From an uncultured bacterium (GTDB lineage Bacteria; Krumholzibacteriota; Krumholzibacteriia; LZORAL124-64-63): 64,000 nt of DNA. The stretch lies in assembly GCA_963727525.1 (NCBI GenBank), contig CAVSGO010000007.1, forward strand, positions 1,728,001 through 1,792,000. Direction: 5' to 3'. Shown piece after piece: positions 18,538-26,870 of this stretch. The stretch's first letter is position 1. Every line of letters begins with the position of its first letter. The notes below the pieces were generated by a model that made no database searches, was not told the DNA's origin, and saw only the letters and a list, made by a program, of their open reading frames with translations. Both the position numbers and the translations under genes were made by a program.

Positions 18538-18957
18538 CTATGCCTCCTGTTCGACGCGCTTGGCGGCGAGGCTCACGTTCTGGGCGCCGGCGAGTCGGCA
18601 CTGATCCATCACCTTCACCACGTCGCCCGTCTCGCTACCCTTGTCGGCCACGATCACCACGCCCGAGTCCGGGTCCTCCGCCAGCGCGCGTTCCACCAGG
18701 CCACGCACGCTGCGCACGTCCACCTTCTTGCCCTCCATCCACACGTCGCCGCCGGTGGACACGCCGATCATGATGCTGGCGTGCGCCTTCACCTCGGCCG
18801 TCGCGGCGGTGGAGCGTTGCACGTCGATGCCCGACTCCTTCACGAAACTGGTCGTGACCATGAAGAAGATGAGCAGCAGGAACACCATGTCGATCAGCGG
18901 CGCCATGTTGATCTCGGGCTTGTCGCCGCCGCGCAGGGTCTTGCGCACGTTGATCAT
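18538..18957 (-). CDS. exbD: Biopolymer transporter ExbD
   Basis: INMAPLIDMVFLLLIFFMVT. Confidence 0.93.
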   Translation of the reverse strand: MINVRKTLRGGDKPEINMAPLIDMVFLLLIFFMVTTSFVKESGIDVQRSTAATAEVKAHASIMIGVSTGGDVWMEGKKVDVRSVRGLVERALAEDPDSGVVIVADKGSETGDVVKVMDQCRLAGAQNVSLAAKRVEQEA

Positions 18958-19586
18958 GCCGTCGCTCCCTTCGCACGCTGGCGTCCGGCCAGCTTGAGGT
19001 TGCGGTCCAGGAGATGGGCGAACTCGTCCAGCGAGGTCTCCAGCCGCCGGCAACGGCGAATGAGCAACCCGGTGAGGACCAGCCCGGGAATGGCCACGAG
19101 CAGCCCGGCCTCCGTGGTGATGAGCGCCACCGAGATGCCGCTGGCCATGGCCCGCGCGTTGCCGGTACCGAAGAGGGCGATCACGTTGAAGGTCTCGATC
19201 ATGCCGAGCACCGTGCCCAGCAGCCCCAGCAGCGGCGCCGAGGAGGCGAGCACCGCGATCACCGACAGGTTCTTGCGCAACAACGGTCGCTGATGCAGCA
19301 TGCACTGGCGCAGGATGTTGCGGTCCAGTTGGCTGTCGCCCGAGCGCGCCGCCAGGAACGCCCGCAGCAGGGCACGCCGCAGGCCGGGCCCGTCCAGCGC
19401 GACGTGCTCGCGGTCCAGGGCGCCGATCGCCGATCGCGGATCGATGTCCCCCCGGGACAGGCTCTTCAGGACCAGAAAGCGGTCGAGAATCAAGGCCCAC
19501 ATGGCGAACGAGCAGATGGCCAGTGGGATCATCACCCACCCGCCTTGCTGCACGTATTCCCACGTGCCCTCGAGGAAGCTCGTCAT
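18954..19586 (-). CDS. exbB: MotA/TolQ/ExbB proton channel protein
   Basis: APLLGLLGTVLGMI, GISVALITT. Confidence 0.9.
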   Translation of the reverse strand: MTSFLEGTWEYVQQGGWVMIPLAICSFAMWALILDRFLVLKSLSRGDIDPRSAIGALDREHVALDGPGLRRALLRAFLAARSGDSQLDRNILRQCMLHQRPLLRKNLSVIAVLASSAPLLGLLGTVLGMIETFNVIALFGTGNARAMASGISVALITTEAGLLVAIPGLVLTGLLIRRCRRLETSLDEFAHLLDRNLKLAGRQRAKGATA

Positions 19587-21028
19587 CAGGCGTCCCCGCG
19601 CGCCACGAGTGCCCGCACTGCGTTCTGCTTCTGGAAGATGTTGGTGAGCTGAACCGCCCGCTCCTCCATCTCGCCCACGATGTGATCCACGCGCCGCGAC
19701 AGGAACGTGTGCAGTAGTAGGATTGGGATCGACACTGCCAGACCCAGCTCGGTGGTCACGAGCGCCTCGCTGATGCCACCGGACATGAGCTTGGGATCAC
19801 CGGTACCGTAGAGCGTGATCACGTGGAACGTGGAGATCATGCCTGTCACGGTGCCGAGCAAACCCAGGAGTGGTGCCACGGCGCCGAGCACCGCCAGCAC
19901 GGCCATCCCCCGCTCCACGCGCGGCAGTTCGTGCAAGATCGACTCCTGCAGCACGCTCTCCTGGGTTTCACGATCCTCGTGACGCACGGCGAGTCCGGCC
20001 GACAGCACCTGGACCACCGGCGAACGCTTGCCGCGCGCGATGAGATCCTCAGCGGCTTTCCAGTCGTGGCTCTCGGCCAGCTCCGTCATCTTCCCCATGA
20101 GGCGGGTGGTGTTGAGCTGCACCGAGCTGAGGTCGACGACCTTGTAGATGACGATGATTAGCGCCAGCAACGCCAGGCCTAGGATCGGCCACACGATCGG
20201 TCCGCCGGAGCGCAGATGATCGGTGAGAGACTGGGCATGGCTCACCTGGCGCAGGGCCGTACCCGCGGAAATGTCCACCGGCACGCGGGCCGACTCGCCG
20301 CGGAAGTAGTGCTCGAGGTCGCTCTCCACACCCCCGCCGGGTAGCGTGGAGAGCGCCACGAACTGCTGGGTCTCCGGGGCATAGTCGAGGAACCCGGTCT
20401 CATGCGGCGTCTTGTAGGCCGCGGTGAACTTGCCCAACGTCAGGACCTTGCCCTCCTCGGGCTGCCCGTCGCGCCCGATGAACGTGCCGCGAACGAGGCG
20501 CACCTGGCCCCCGCGTACGATCTCGTCGAAGAGCACCCGCGTGAGGCCGGAGATGTCGTCGATGTCGGGGAAGTACCCGGGCTCCACCAGCTTCGACACC
20601 GCCGAAAGGCGGTCGGGGCGATCGGCCGAGAGCGGCGACTCGTGCACCAGCGTCTCCACGTCCTTCGCCGCGAGCCGCACGTTGCCCGAGATCTCCTTGA
20701 ATTGCAGCTCGCTGCCGGCCCAGCGATCGGCCAGCTTCTCGCGCTGAGCATCCTGCGTGTCGATGTGTGTCTGGACTACGGCGAGTTGCTTCTCCAGTTC
20801 CGCCTGCTGGGCCTCCAGCCGCTCCACCTCGGCCATGAGCTTGGCGCGATCGGCGAAGATCTGCTGCTCGGTCTCGTGCGCCAGGGCCGCCTCGCGCTCG
20901 CGCGCGGCCTCGGCCTTCTGCATGGCCTGGCGGGAGTCCTGGGCGTGCGCGCCGCCGGCGGCAGCGATCATGGCCAGCACGGCCAGTCCAATCACGAGGA
21001 ATCGTGCGATCACGATGCGGTCCTTCAT
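19586..21028 (-). CDS. Long ExbB-family protein with periplasmic coiled-coil N-terminus (TtpC-like)
   Basis: Signal peptide, coiled coil, then APLLGLLGTVTGMI...GGISEALVTTELGL; start MKDRIV overlaps the upstream stop. Confidence 0.85.
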   Translation of the reverse strand: MKDRIVIARFLVIGLAVLAMIAAAGGAHAQDSRQAMQKAEAAREREAALAHETEQQIFADRAKLMAEVERLEAQQAELEKQLAVVQTHIDTQDAQREKLADRWAGSELQFKEISGNVRLAAKDVETLVHESPLSADRPDRLSAVSKLVEPGYFPDIDDISGLTRVLFDEIVRGGQVRLVRGTFIGRDGQPEEGKVLTLGKFTAAYKTPHETGFLDYAPETQQFVALSTLPGGGVESDLEHYFRGESARVPVDISAGTALRQVSHAQSLTDHLRSGGPIVWPILGLALLALIIVIYKVVDLSSVQLNTTRLMGKMTELAESHDWKAAEDLIARGKRSPVVQVLSAGLAVRHEDRETQESVLQESILHELPRVERGMAVLAVLGAVAPLLGLLGTVTGMISTFHVITLYGTGDPKLMSGGISEALVTTELGLAVSIPILLLHTFLSRRVDHIVGEMEERAVQLTNIFQKQNAVRALVARGDA

Positions 21029-21783
21029 GGCTGGATCCTCCCCAGCGGCAACGATGTCAACTCGACCAGGCGCAACCGCGAGGCCATCTCCATCACGCGC
21101 CCCACCGAGCGGCGGTCGCCGCCGGGCAAGTCGGACCACTGCGAGCGGGCCGGATCCCAGGTGCCCACGCGCGCGCCGTCGGGGGTGCGCCAGAACAACG
21201 CGAGACGCCCGATCCGCAACATGTCGACGAAGGTCTGCTCGCCGTCGAGGTTGATCGACTCCTGCGTCACCTCCACGGAACTGCCGTACTGGGCCTCCGC
21301 GAGCAACGCCTCGAGCAGTTGCCGCAGCTTCTCGGCCGACGGCACGTCGGGTTTCACCAGCTCCGTCCGCATCGACGCGAGCCGCCGCGTGCGCTCCTCG
21401 GGCAGGAAGGGCAGATCGTTCTGCACGCTGCTCTCGAGATGATGGAACACCGCCACCAGCGTGTCCTCGATGACGGTCTGGAGGCGGCCCGACTCGTCGA
21501 GTCGCCGTTGCAGTTCGGCCACGCGGACGTCGAGCGCCGTCGCGCGCTCCTGCTCCACCGCGATGCGGTCCTGCAGGTAGGCGATGTTCGCCCTGGCCAC
21601 GCGGTAGCGATTCTCGAGGCTCCCCTGCTCGGCGGCCCAGGCGTCGGCCTTCTCCTGCGTGGTCTTCGCTGTATCGACCGCCTCCGTCACCGCGCCCTCG
21701 AGCTGCTGCGCGGTCTGGGCGTGGAGCGCGCCCGCAGCGAGCAGGAGGTACGCCGCCACCGCCGTGGATGTCCATCTGCGCAT
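21025..21783 (-). CDS. DUF3450 family protein (TtpB-like)
   Basis: Signal peptide, coiled coil, DLPFLPEERTRR, EKLRQLLEA, LRIGRLALF. Confidence 0.85.
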   Translation of the reverse strand: MRRWTSTAVAAYLLLAAGALHAQTAQQLEGAVTEAVDTAKTTQEKADAWAAEQGSLENRYRVARANIAYLQDRIAVEQERATALDVRVAELQRRLDESGRLQTVIEDTLVAVFHHLESSVQNDLPFLPEERTRRLASMRTELVKPDVPSAEKLRQLLEALLAEAQYGSSVEVTQESINLDGEQTFVDMLRIGRLALFWRTPDGARVGTWDPARSQWSDLPGGDRRSVGRVMEMASRLRLVELTSLPLGRIQP

Positions 21784-21840
21784 CGGCCTGTCCTTTCGCA
21801 TACTGCCTTCGTTCGTCGCACTCGATCGACGACGCTCCAG

Positions 21841-21894
21841 AAGCTACTGGACGCCGGTCAAAGCGCCGTGAAATCCAGGTCAAGATTCTGTAAA
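21841..21894 (-). promoter_or_regulatory. Promoter with four 11-bp-spaced direct repeats (PhoB/OmpR-type box) for the DUF3450-TonB operon
   Basis: Minus strand: TTTACA-gaatc-TTGACC-tggat-TTCACG-gcgct-TTGACC-N9-TAGCTT. Confidence 0.75.
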
Positions 21895-21923
21895 AGCGGC
21901 CCCGCACCGGAGTGCGGGACCGC
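21892..21923 (-). terminator. Intrinsic terminator after the secreted CTD protein gene
   Basis: GCGGTCCCGCAC-TCCG-GTGCGGGGCCGC-TTTT on minus strand. Confidence 0.7.
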
Positions 21924-21945
21924 CTCTTTCTCGCGAAACGTGAGA

Positions 21946-23622
21946 TCACTTCACGAGCTGCATCTTCTGCACGGCGCTGAAGCCGTTGCCGTCGAGGCGC
22001 GCGAAGTAAGTACCGCTGGCCAGGTCGTTGCCAGCGAACTGCACCGCGAAGCGGCCAGCCTGCATATCGGCGTCATGCAGGTTGGCGACCATGCGGCCAC
22101 GCACGTCGAACACCTTCACGCTCACGTGGCCGGACTTCGGTACGTTGAACGAGATGGTGGTCGATGGGTTGAACGGGTTCGGGTAGCTGGCGATGCTCGC
22201 CACCGGCGCCGGCACGCCACCCAGATCCTCGACACCGACGATGTAGCTGGTGTTCTGCGGATCGAAGTTGGTCCAGCCGGCCGTCCACTGCTCGCTCATG
22301 GGCAGGGCCGGATCGAAGGCGCCGCGGTAGCTGACGACATCGAAGCCCGCCAGGTAGCTGTCGCTGAAGTCGGCCGTGCCGTCGAGCTCGCTGCCGACCA
22401 TGGGCACGGGGTTGGGATTGTTCAGGTCGCTCATGTCGGTAAGGCCCACACTGCTCGGGTTGCGCGGCGCGCTGCCCAGGTTGTCGTAGGCCGCGGTGTC
22501 GAACCAGCTGCAGACGTCGGCCCAGCGGGAGGTCTCGTGCACGCAGCCCGCCGTGTCGCCGTCCCAGGTGCAGGTGATGCTGACGTTCTTCACGCGCAGG
22601 ATGTCGTTCTGGCAGTCGGCGATCGTGTTGGCGTCACGTACGCTGAAGCCACGCGGGTAGCCGGCGAGCACGCTGTTGAAGATGCTCGTGCGCGTCGAGC
22701 GACGCAGCAGCGCGCAGTTGCGGAACTTGTTGGTCGGGGGCAGGGTGCCCACCATCGCGTCGGTGCGCTCCGGACCGACCAGGGTCACGTTGCTGAAGAT
22801 CGGGAACGTCCGGGGCTCGGCCGTGGTGCCGGAGCCGTCGTTGTCGGACTCGAAACCGTTCGACTCGCCCTGCGCATCCCAGGTGGTCTCGTCGCGCAGA
22901 CCGAAGCAGTACTGCAGGTGGCCCTGGAAACCGAAGTCGGTGTCGAACTCATCGTCGGTGCCGCCGAAAGCCACGAGGTGGTGCGGGTTCACTGTGCCGC
23001 CGAACCACTCGTAGCTGTCGTCGAAGGAGTAGCTCACCTGGATGTGGTGCACCTCGGTACCGGCGCCGACGCCACCTGACGTCAGACCGTTGATCTCGTT
23101 ATTGAGCTGATAGCGGTAGCCGCAATACTCGATCCGGACGTAGCGCAGGATGCCCGAGCTATCGTTGGGATCGTTGCCGCCGAAGGTACCGGAGATGATG
23201 CCACCCTCGATGAGCGGATCCACCTGGTTCACCGGTGCGCGCCCCAGCAGCACGATGCCGCCCCAGTCGCCATGGGCACGCTCGCCGGCTGGCTTCATCG
23301 ATGTGAAGACGATCGGCTCATTGGCGGTGCCGGTCGCCATGATCTTGCCACCCGGCTGGATGATCAGCGTGGCCACGGTGTCGGCCTGCACGACGCAGCC
23401 CTGCGGAATGGTGATGGTGTAGCCGTCGGTAACGTAGTAGAGGCCGGTCAGGGTGTAGAGGGTGTCCGGGCTGAGCGTCCGGTCCCAGTTCTGAAAGAAC
23501 TCGGTGCGTCCGGAATTCAGCCCTGGGCCGAGTGTCGCCTCGCCGAGATAGAAACCGTTCGACGCCTGGGCAACACCGGCGAGTGCCAGCAGAGCCCACA
23601 GCAAGGCCATTGACTTCTTCAT
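21946..23622 (-). CDS. Secreted TBDR-associated beta-helix-like protein with T9SS/FlgD-like C-terminal domain
   Basis: GAGGAGG RBS, signal peptide, GDWGGIVLLGRAP, DSSGILRYVRIEY, NEINGLT, DDSYEWFGG, DDEFDTDFG; C-terminal YPNPFNPSTTISF...LASGTYFARL...KMQLVK. Confidence 0.85.
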   Translation of the reverse strand: MKKSMALLWALLALAGVAQASNGFYLGEATLGPGLNSGRTEFFQNWDRTLSPDTLYTLTGLYYVTDGYTITIPQGCVVQADTVATLIIQPGGKIMATGTANEPIVFTSMKPAGERAHGDWGGIVLLGRAPVNQVDPLIEGGIISGTFGGNDPNDSSGILRYVRIEYCGYRYQLNNEINGLTSGGVGAGTEVHHIQVSYSFDDSYEWFGGTVNPHHLVAFGGTDDEFDTDFGFQGHLQYCFGLRDETTWDAQGESNGFESDNDGSGTTAEPRTFPIFSNVTLVGPERTDAMVGTLPPTNKFRNCALLRRSTRTSIFNSVLAGYPRGFSVRDANTIADCQNDILRVKNVSITCTWDGDTAGCVHETSRWADVCSWFDTAAYDNLGSAPRNPSSVGLTDMSDLNNPNPVPMVGSELDGTADFSDSYLAGFDVVSYRGAFDPALPMSEQWTAGWTNFDPQNTSYIVGVEDLGGVPAPVASIASYPNPFNPSTTISFNVPKSGHVSVKVFDVRGRMVANLHDADMQAGRFAVQFAGNDLASGTYFARLDGNGFSAVQKMQLVK

Positions 23623-23897
23623 GAAACGAATCCTCCTCGATGAACCCATGATGCGTGCGCTTCCCTGCGGGACAGTTGTCAAGTGATGGGTCTCTCGCGT
23701 GGGAAGGAATGCTCGTGATGGACCACGTGCTCGCCAGGCGCCGGTGATTGGATCCGCCAGGCGGGGCGCGGCAACGCCGCGCCCCGCGGCCAGCGTCAGC
23801 CGGACAGGGGCAGTCAGGTCACTGGGAGCAACGATCCAAGTCGCGTGAATGGTTGCCCGTGCCGGGTACTGCCGCATGTCCAGCCAGGACGAACCGC

Positions 23898-23951
23898 AGT
23901 ATAGGCGGGTCACGTTTCCAGGAGGTTAGGACGCGGTTATTAAGACGTGAG
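23898..23951 (-). promoter_or_regulatory. Promoter with four 11-bp-spaced direct repeats (PhoB/OmpR-type box)
   Basis: Minus strand: CTCACG-tctta-ATAACC-gcgtc-CTAACC-tcctg-GAAACG-N9-TATACT. Confidence 0.7.
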
Positions 23952-23960
23952 GAAGGCGCG

Positions 23961-26708
23961 TCAGAACGCAGCCGAAAGGGACGCCGAGTACGCCGTGCCC
24001 TGGCCCTCGCGCGAGTACTCGTTGCGCTCGGGACCGCTCGTGGTGATGTGGTCGTGCCCCTGGATGTCCTTCACGGCGAGCTTGAGCTTGAGCGCAGCGC
24101 CGATCCGCTGGGTCAGGGCCACGTCGACGAGGTCGCGCGGCTGGTCGTAGACGTCGGTGTCGCGCGTGTCGCCCACGGTGGCCAGGCGCCGTCCGATCTT
24201 GTTGTACAGGATCGCAATCGACGTACCCAGGGCCGGCTGCTCCCACGTGAACGACAGGTTGATCGACCACGGCGACTGCCCCTGCAGCGGGCGGGTATCG
24301 GTATACGGCACCGGAACGATGGTTCCGCCGTCGAGCGTGTCGCTGCGTGCCGCCTGGTACTCCACCTCCGACCACACGCGCGTGTAGTTGCCCGCCACGG
24401 TGATGTCGCCGAATTCGCCGTCCCAGAATCGGAACTGCTTGCGCGCCTCCAGCTCGAAGCCGTCGTTGCGCCCCTTGTCGGAATTGAACCAGGTCAACAC
24501 GTTGCGCTCGGGCGACGGACGCAGGCGCTCCTCCACGGCGTCGCGCAGATCCTTGGTGAAGTAGCTGACGGCCAGCACCTCGCCGTACTGCGGGAAGTAC
24601 TCGAGGCGGACGTCCCAATTCTCGATGCGGGCGCGCTTGAGGTCGGGATTGCCGATCACGTTCTGAAAACGGTTGAAATCGTAGTAGCGCACGGCCGACA
24701 TCTCGCGAAACTCGGGCCGGTTCACCGAACGATAGTAGCCCAGACGCAGGTTCACGTGCTCGTCGTAGAGATAGGTGAAATTCACCGACGGCAGCGTGTC
24801 CTTGGTCTCGATCTTCGACGTCACCACCGTGCCCACGTCCTGCGCCACCACGGCGTCGACGGCCTGCGACGAGTCCTCCACGCGCACGCCGCCCGCGATA
24901 CGGAACTCCTCCTGATGCACGGAGAAGGGCAAGTCGAGCATGGCGTAGTAGGCGTTGATGAAGTGGGTGCCCGTGTAGGTGCCCGAGAACGCCGTCACCG
25001 GGATGAATCCCCAGCCGCGGTCGGCACCCCACAGGCTGTCCGGGAAGATCTCCGCCGGGGGCAGCCACGCCGGCGACCACGCGTAGTCCAGGGGCGTGGC
25101 CGCCCAGGCCTCGAGATCGAAAGAACGGCGCCGCGAGCTCAAGCTCGTGCCCACCTTGATATTCGAACGCACATCCTCATCGCCGAACGGTACCGTCACG
25201 TCCACGTCGACGCCGCGGCGGAACTCCTCGAGCCACGACCACGACCGCAGGTTGTCGTTCATGATCGGAATTTCCGGATCGTCGGCATTGTACTCGATAA
25301 ACTTCAGGTCCGGTTCCTTGGCGCTGTTCTCGTTGTAGTACAGGCTCCATTTCAGCTCGAGACCATGCCACCGGGGAAAGCGGTCGGTGCCGGTGAGCTG
25401 CGTGAGTTCGAGGTCGCGTTCCTGCCACTTCGTGGACTCGTGGATCCAGTTCTTCGAGGAGTCGCGCCCCTTGGCCTGCACGACCTCGTCGGACCCGCTG
25501 CGACTGTAGTTGTTCTTCAGTCCCATGCGGTGATTCTCGTCGAATCTCCAGTTGAGATTGAAGAGGCCGCCCCAGAGCACGGACGTCTTCGACCGGCGGC
25601 CCGCGCCGCGTTCGTCGGTCGGATAAGTGCGCGTCTCGGCATAGGGCCCGCTGGCGTAGTTATTGCGATAGGTGAGAGCGGCCAGCACGCCCAGTTCGTC
25701 ACCGAGCACGTTGAACCTGTTGCCATGCGAGATATTGAACGAGTACCTGGACGGTGCGTTGCGCGAGCGGGTACCCCAGTTGTTCGGCAGCGAGCGCGCC
25801 AGGGCGAGGCGTTCGTCACGCGTCACGTGCGGCTCACCGCGCGGGTAGTCGCGGGTTCCGTCGTCGATCGCGAGCCAGTCGGTGTGACCGCGCCCGGCCA
25901 TCTGCAGCAGCTCGTCGCCCGTCACGCCTTCCGTGCGTCCCACCGACACGCCCACGTTCGTCGTCGCGTGGTCGGGAAATTCCAGCGTGTTCACGCGCAC
26001 GAGGCCGCCGCTGAAATCGCCCGGCATGTCGGGCGTGGCGGTCTTGATGACCACGGTATTGGCCAGCAGGTTGGCCGGCACCAGGTCGAAGGCGAAGCTT
26101 TTGCGGTCGCGATCGGTGTTGGCGCTGGTCACCGGCACGCCGTTGAGTTCGGTGGTATTGTAGCGATCGGTGACGCCACGTACAAAGACGTACTGCCCCT
26201 CGACCACCGTCAGACCGGTCACCCGCTTGAGGGCGTCGCCGCTGGTGGCATCGGGGGAACGGGAGATCTGCGCCGCGCTGATGGCGTCGCCCACCACGGC
26301 CGCCTGCTTGCGGTCGGCCAAGATGGCGCTCTCGGTGGTGAGGATACGGGAGGCGGACACCACCACGTCGTCCGTCGCGTACGCGCCGAAGGAGGAAAGC
26401 TTCACCGGGACGCTGGCGGCCTTGTCGGCTGTCACCTGGATGTCCGTGAGAACCTGTGTATTGTAGCCGAGATAGGCGATGCGCAGGTGATACTTGCCCA
26501 CGGCCACGTCTTCGAAGGTGTAGACGCCGTCGAGGTCGGTCTGGGTGGCACGTCCGGTGCCGATGAGCACCACGTCGACGGCGATGAGTTCGTCGCCCGT
26601 GTCGGCATCGGTGATCTTGCCGGTGACGGTGCCGGTCTGGGCCAGCGCCGCGGCCGTGGTTGTGAGCAACCACGCGGCTGCGAGGATGGACGCGAGCCGA
26701 CTCGTCAT
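23961..26708 (-). CDS. TonB-dependent receptor with carboxypeptidase-like N-terminal domain
   Basis: Signal peptide, GTVTGKITDADTG, plug ALKRVTGL..VFVRG..DRYN..VIKTATPDMPGDFSGG, GNPDLK, C-terminal Phe. Confidence 0.95.
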   Translation of the reverse strand: MTSRLASILAAAWLLTTTAAALAQTGTVTGKITDADTGDELIAVDVVLIGTGRATQTDLDGVYTFEDVAVGKYHLRIAYLGYNTQVLTDIQVTADKAASVPVKLSSFGAYATDDVVVSASRILTTESAILADRKQAAVVGDAISAAQISRSPDATSGDALKRVTGLTVVEGQYVFVRGVTDRYNTTELNGVPVTSANTDRDRKSFAFDLVPANLLANTVVIKTATPDMPGDFSGGLVRVNTLEFPDHATTNVGVSVGRTEGVTGDELLQMAGRGHTDWLAIDDGTRDYPRGEPHVTRDERLALARSLPNNWGTRSRNAPSRYSFNISHGNRFNVLGDELGVLAALTYRNNYASGPYAETRTYPTDERGAGRRSKTSVLWGGLFNLNWRFDENHRMGLKNNYSRSGSDEVVQAKGRDSSKNWIHESTKWQERDLELTQLTGTDRFPRWHGLELKWSLYYNENSAKEPDLKFIEYNADDPEIPIMNDNLRSWSWLEEFRRGVDVDVTVPFGDEDVRSNIKVGTSLSSRRRSFDLEAWAATPLDYAWSPAWLPPAEIFPDSLWGADRGWGFIPVTAFSGTYTGTHFINAYYAMLDLPFSVHQEEFRIAGGVRVEDSSQAVDAVVAQDVGTVVTSKIETKDTLPSVNFTYLYDEHVNLRLGYYRSVNRPEFREMSAVRYYDFNRFQNVIGNPDLKRARIENWDVRLEYFPQYGEVLAVSYFTKDLRDAVEERLRPSPERNVLTWFNSDKGRNDGFELEARKQFRFWDGEFGDITVAGNYTRVWSEVEYQAARSDTLDGGTIVPVPYTDTRPLQGQSPWSINLSFTWEQPALGTSIAILYNKIGRRLATVGDTRDTDVYDQPRDLVDVALTQRIGAALKLKLAVKDIQGHDHITTSGPERNEYSREGQGTAYSASLSAAF

Positions 26709-26775
26709 GCAGGAGCCTCCGGGCATGGATGCCTTGCGCAGCGATTCCCCGGGCCGACGCGGACCCGGAACGCGC

Positions 26776-26829
26776 ACACTAGCCGGCTCATGTCAAAGGT
26801 CGGTTACGGTTCTTTGACGATTGTGTCAA
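26776..26829 (-). promoter_or_regulatory. Promoter with four 11-bp-spaced direct repeats (PhoB/OmpR-type box) for the TBDR
   Basis: Minus strand: TTGACA-caatc-GTCAAA-gaacc-GTAACC-gacct-TTGACA-N9-TAGTGT. Confidence 0.75.
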
Positions 26830-26870
26830 AACGCGATCGGGCGCTGCCGCGATCGCGCCAAGGAGACTCG

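Noticed and set aside
23623-23897. Known riboswitch (cobalamin, TPP, c-di-GMP) in the leader near the TBDR
   Set aside because: The conserved cores of these classes were not recognised by eye.
23748-26870. 1415-aa + strand ORF
   Set aside because: Only the last 374 aa (cysteine desulfurase) look real; the rest is the antisense shadow of the TBDR, typical of high-GC DNA.
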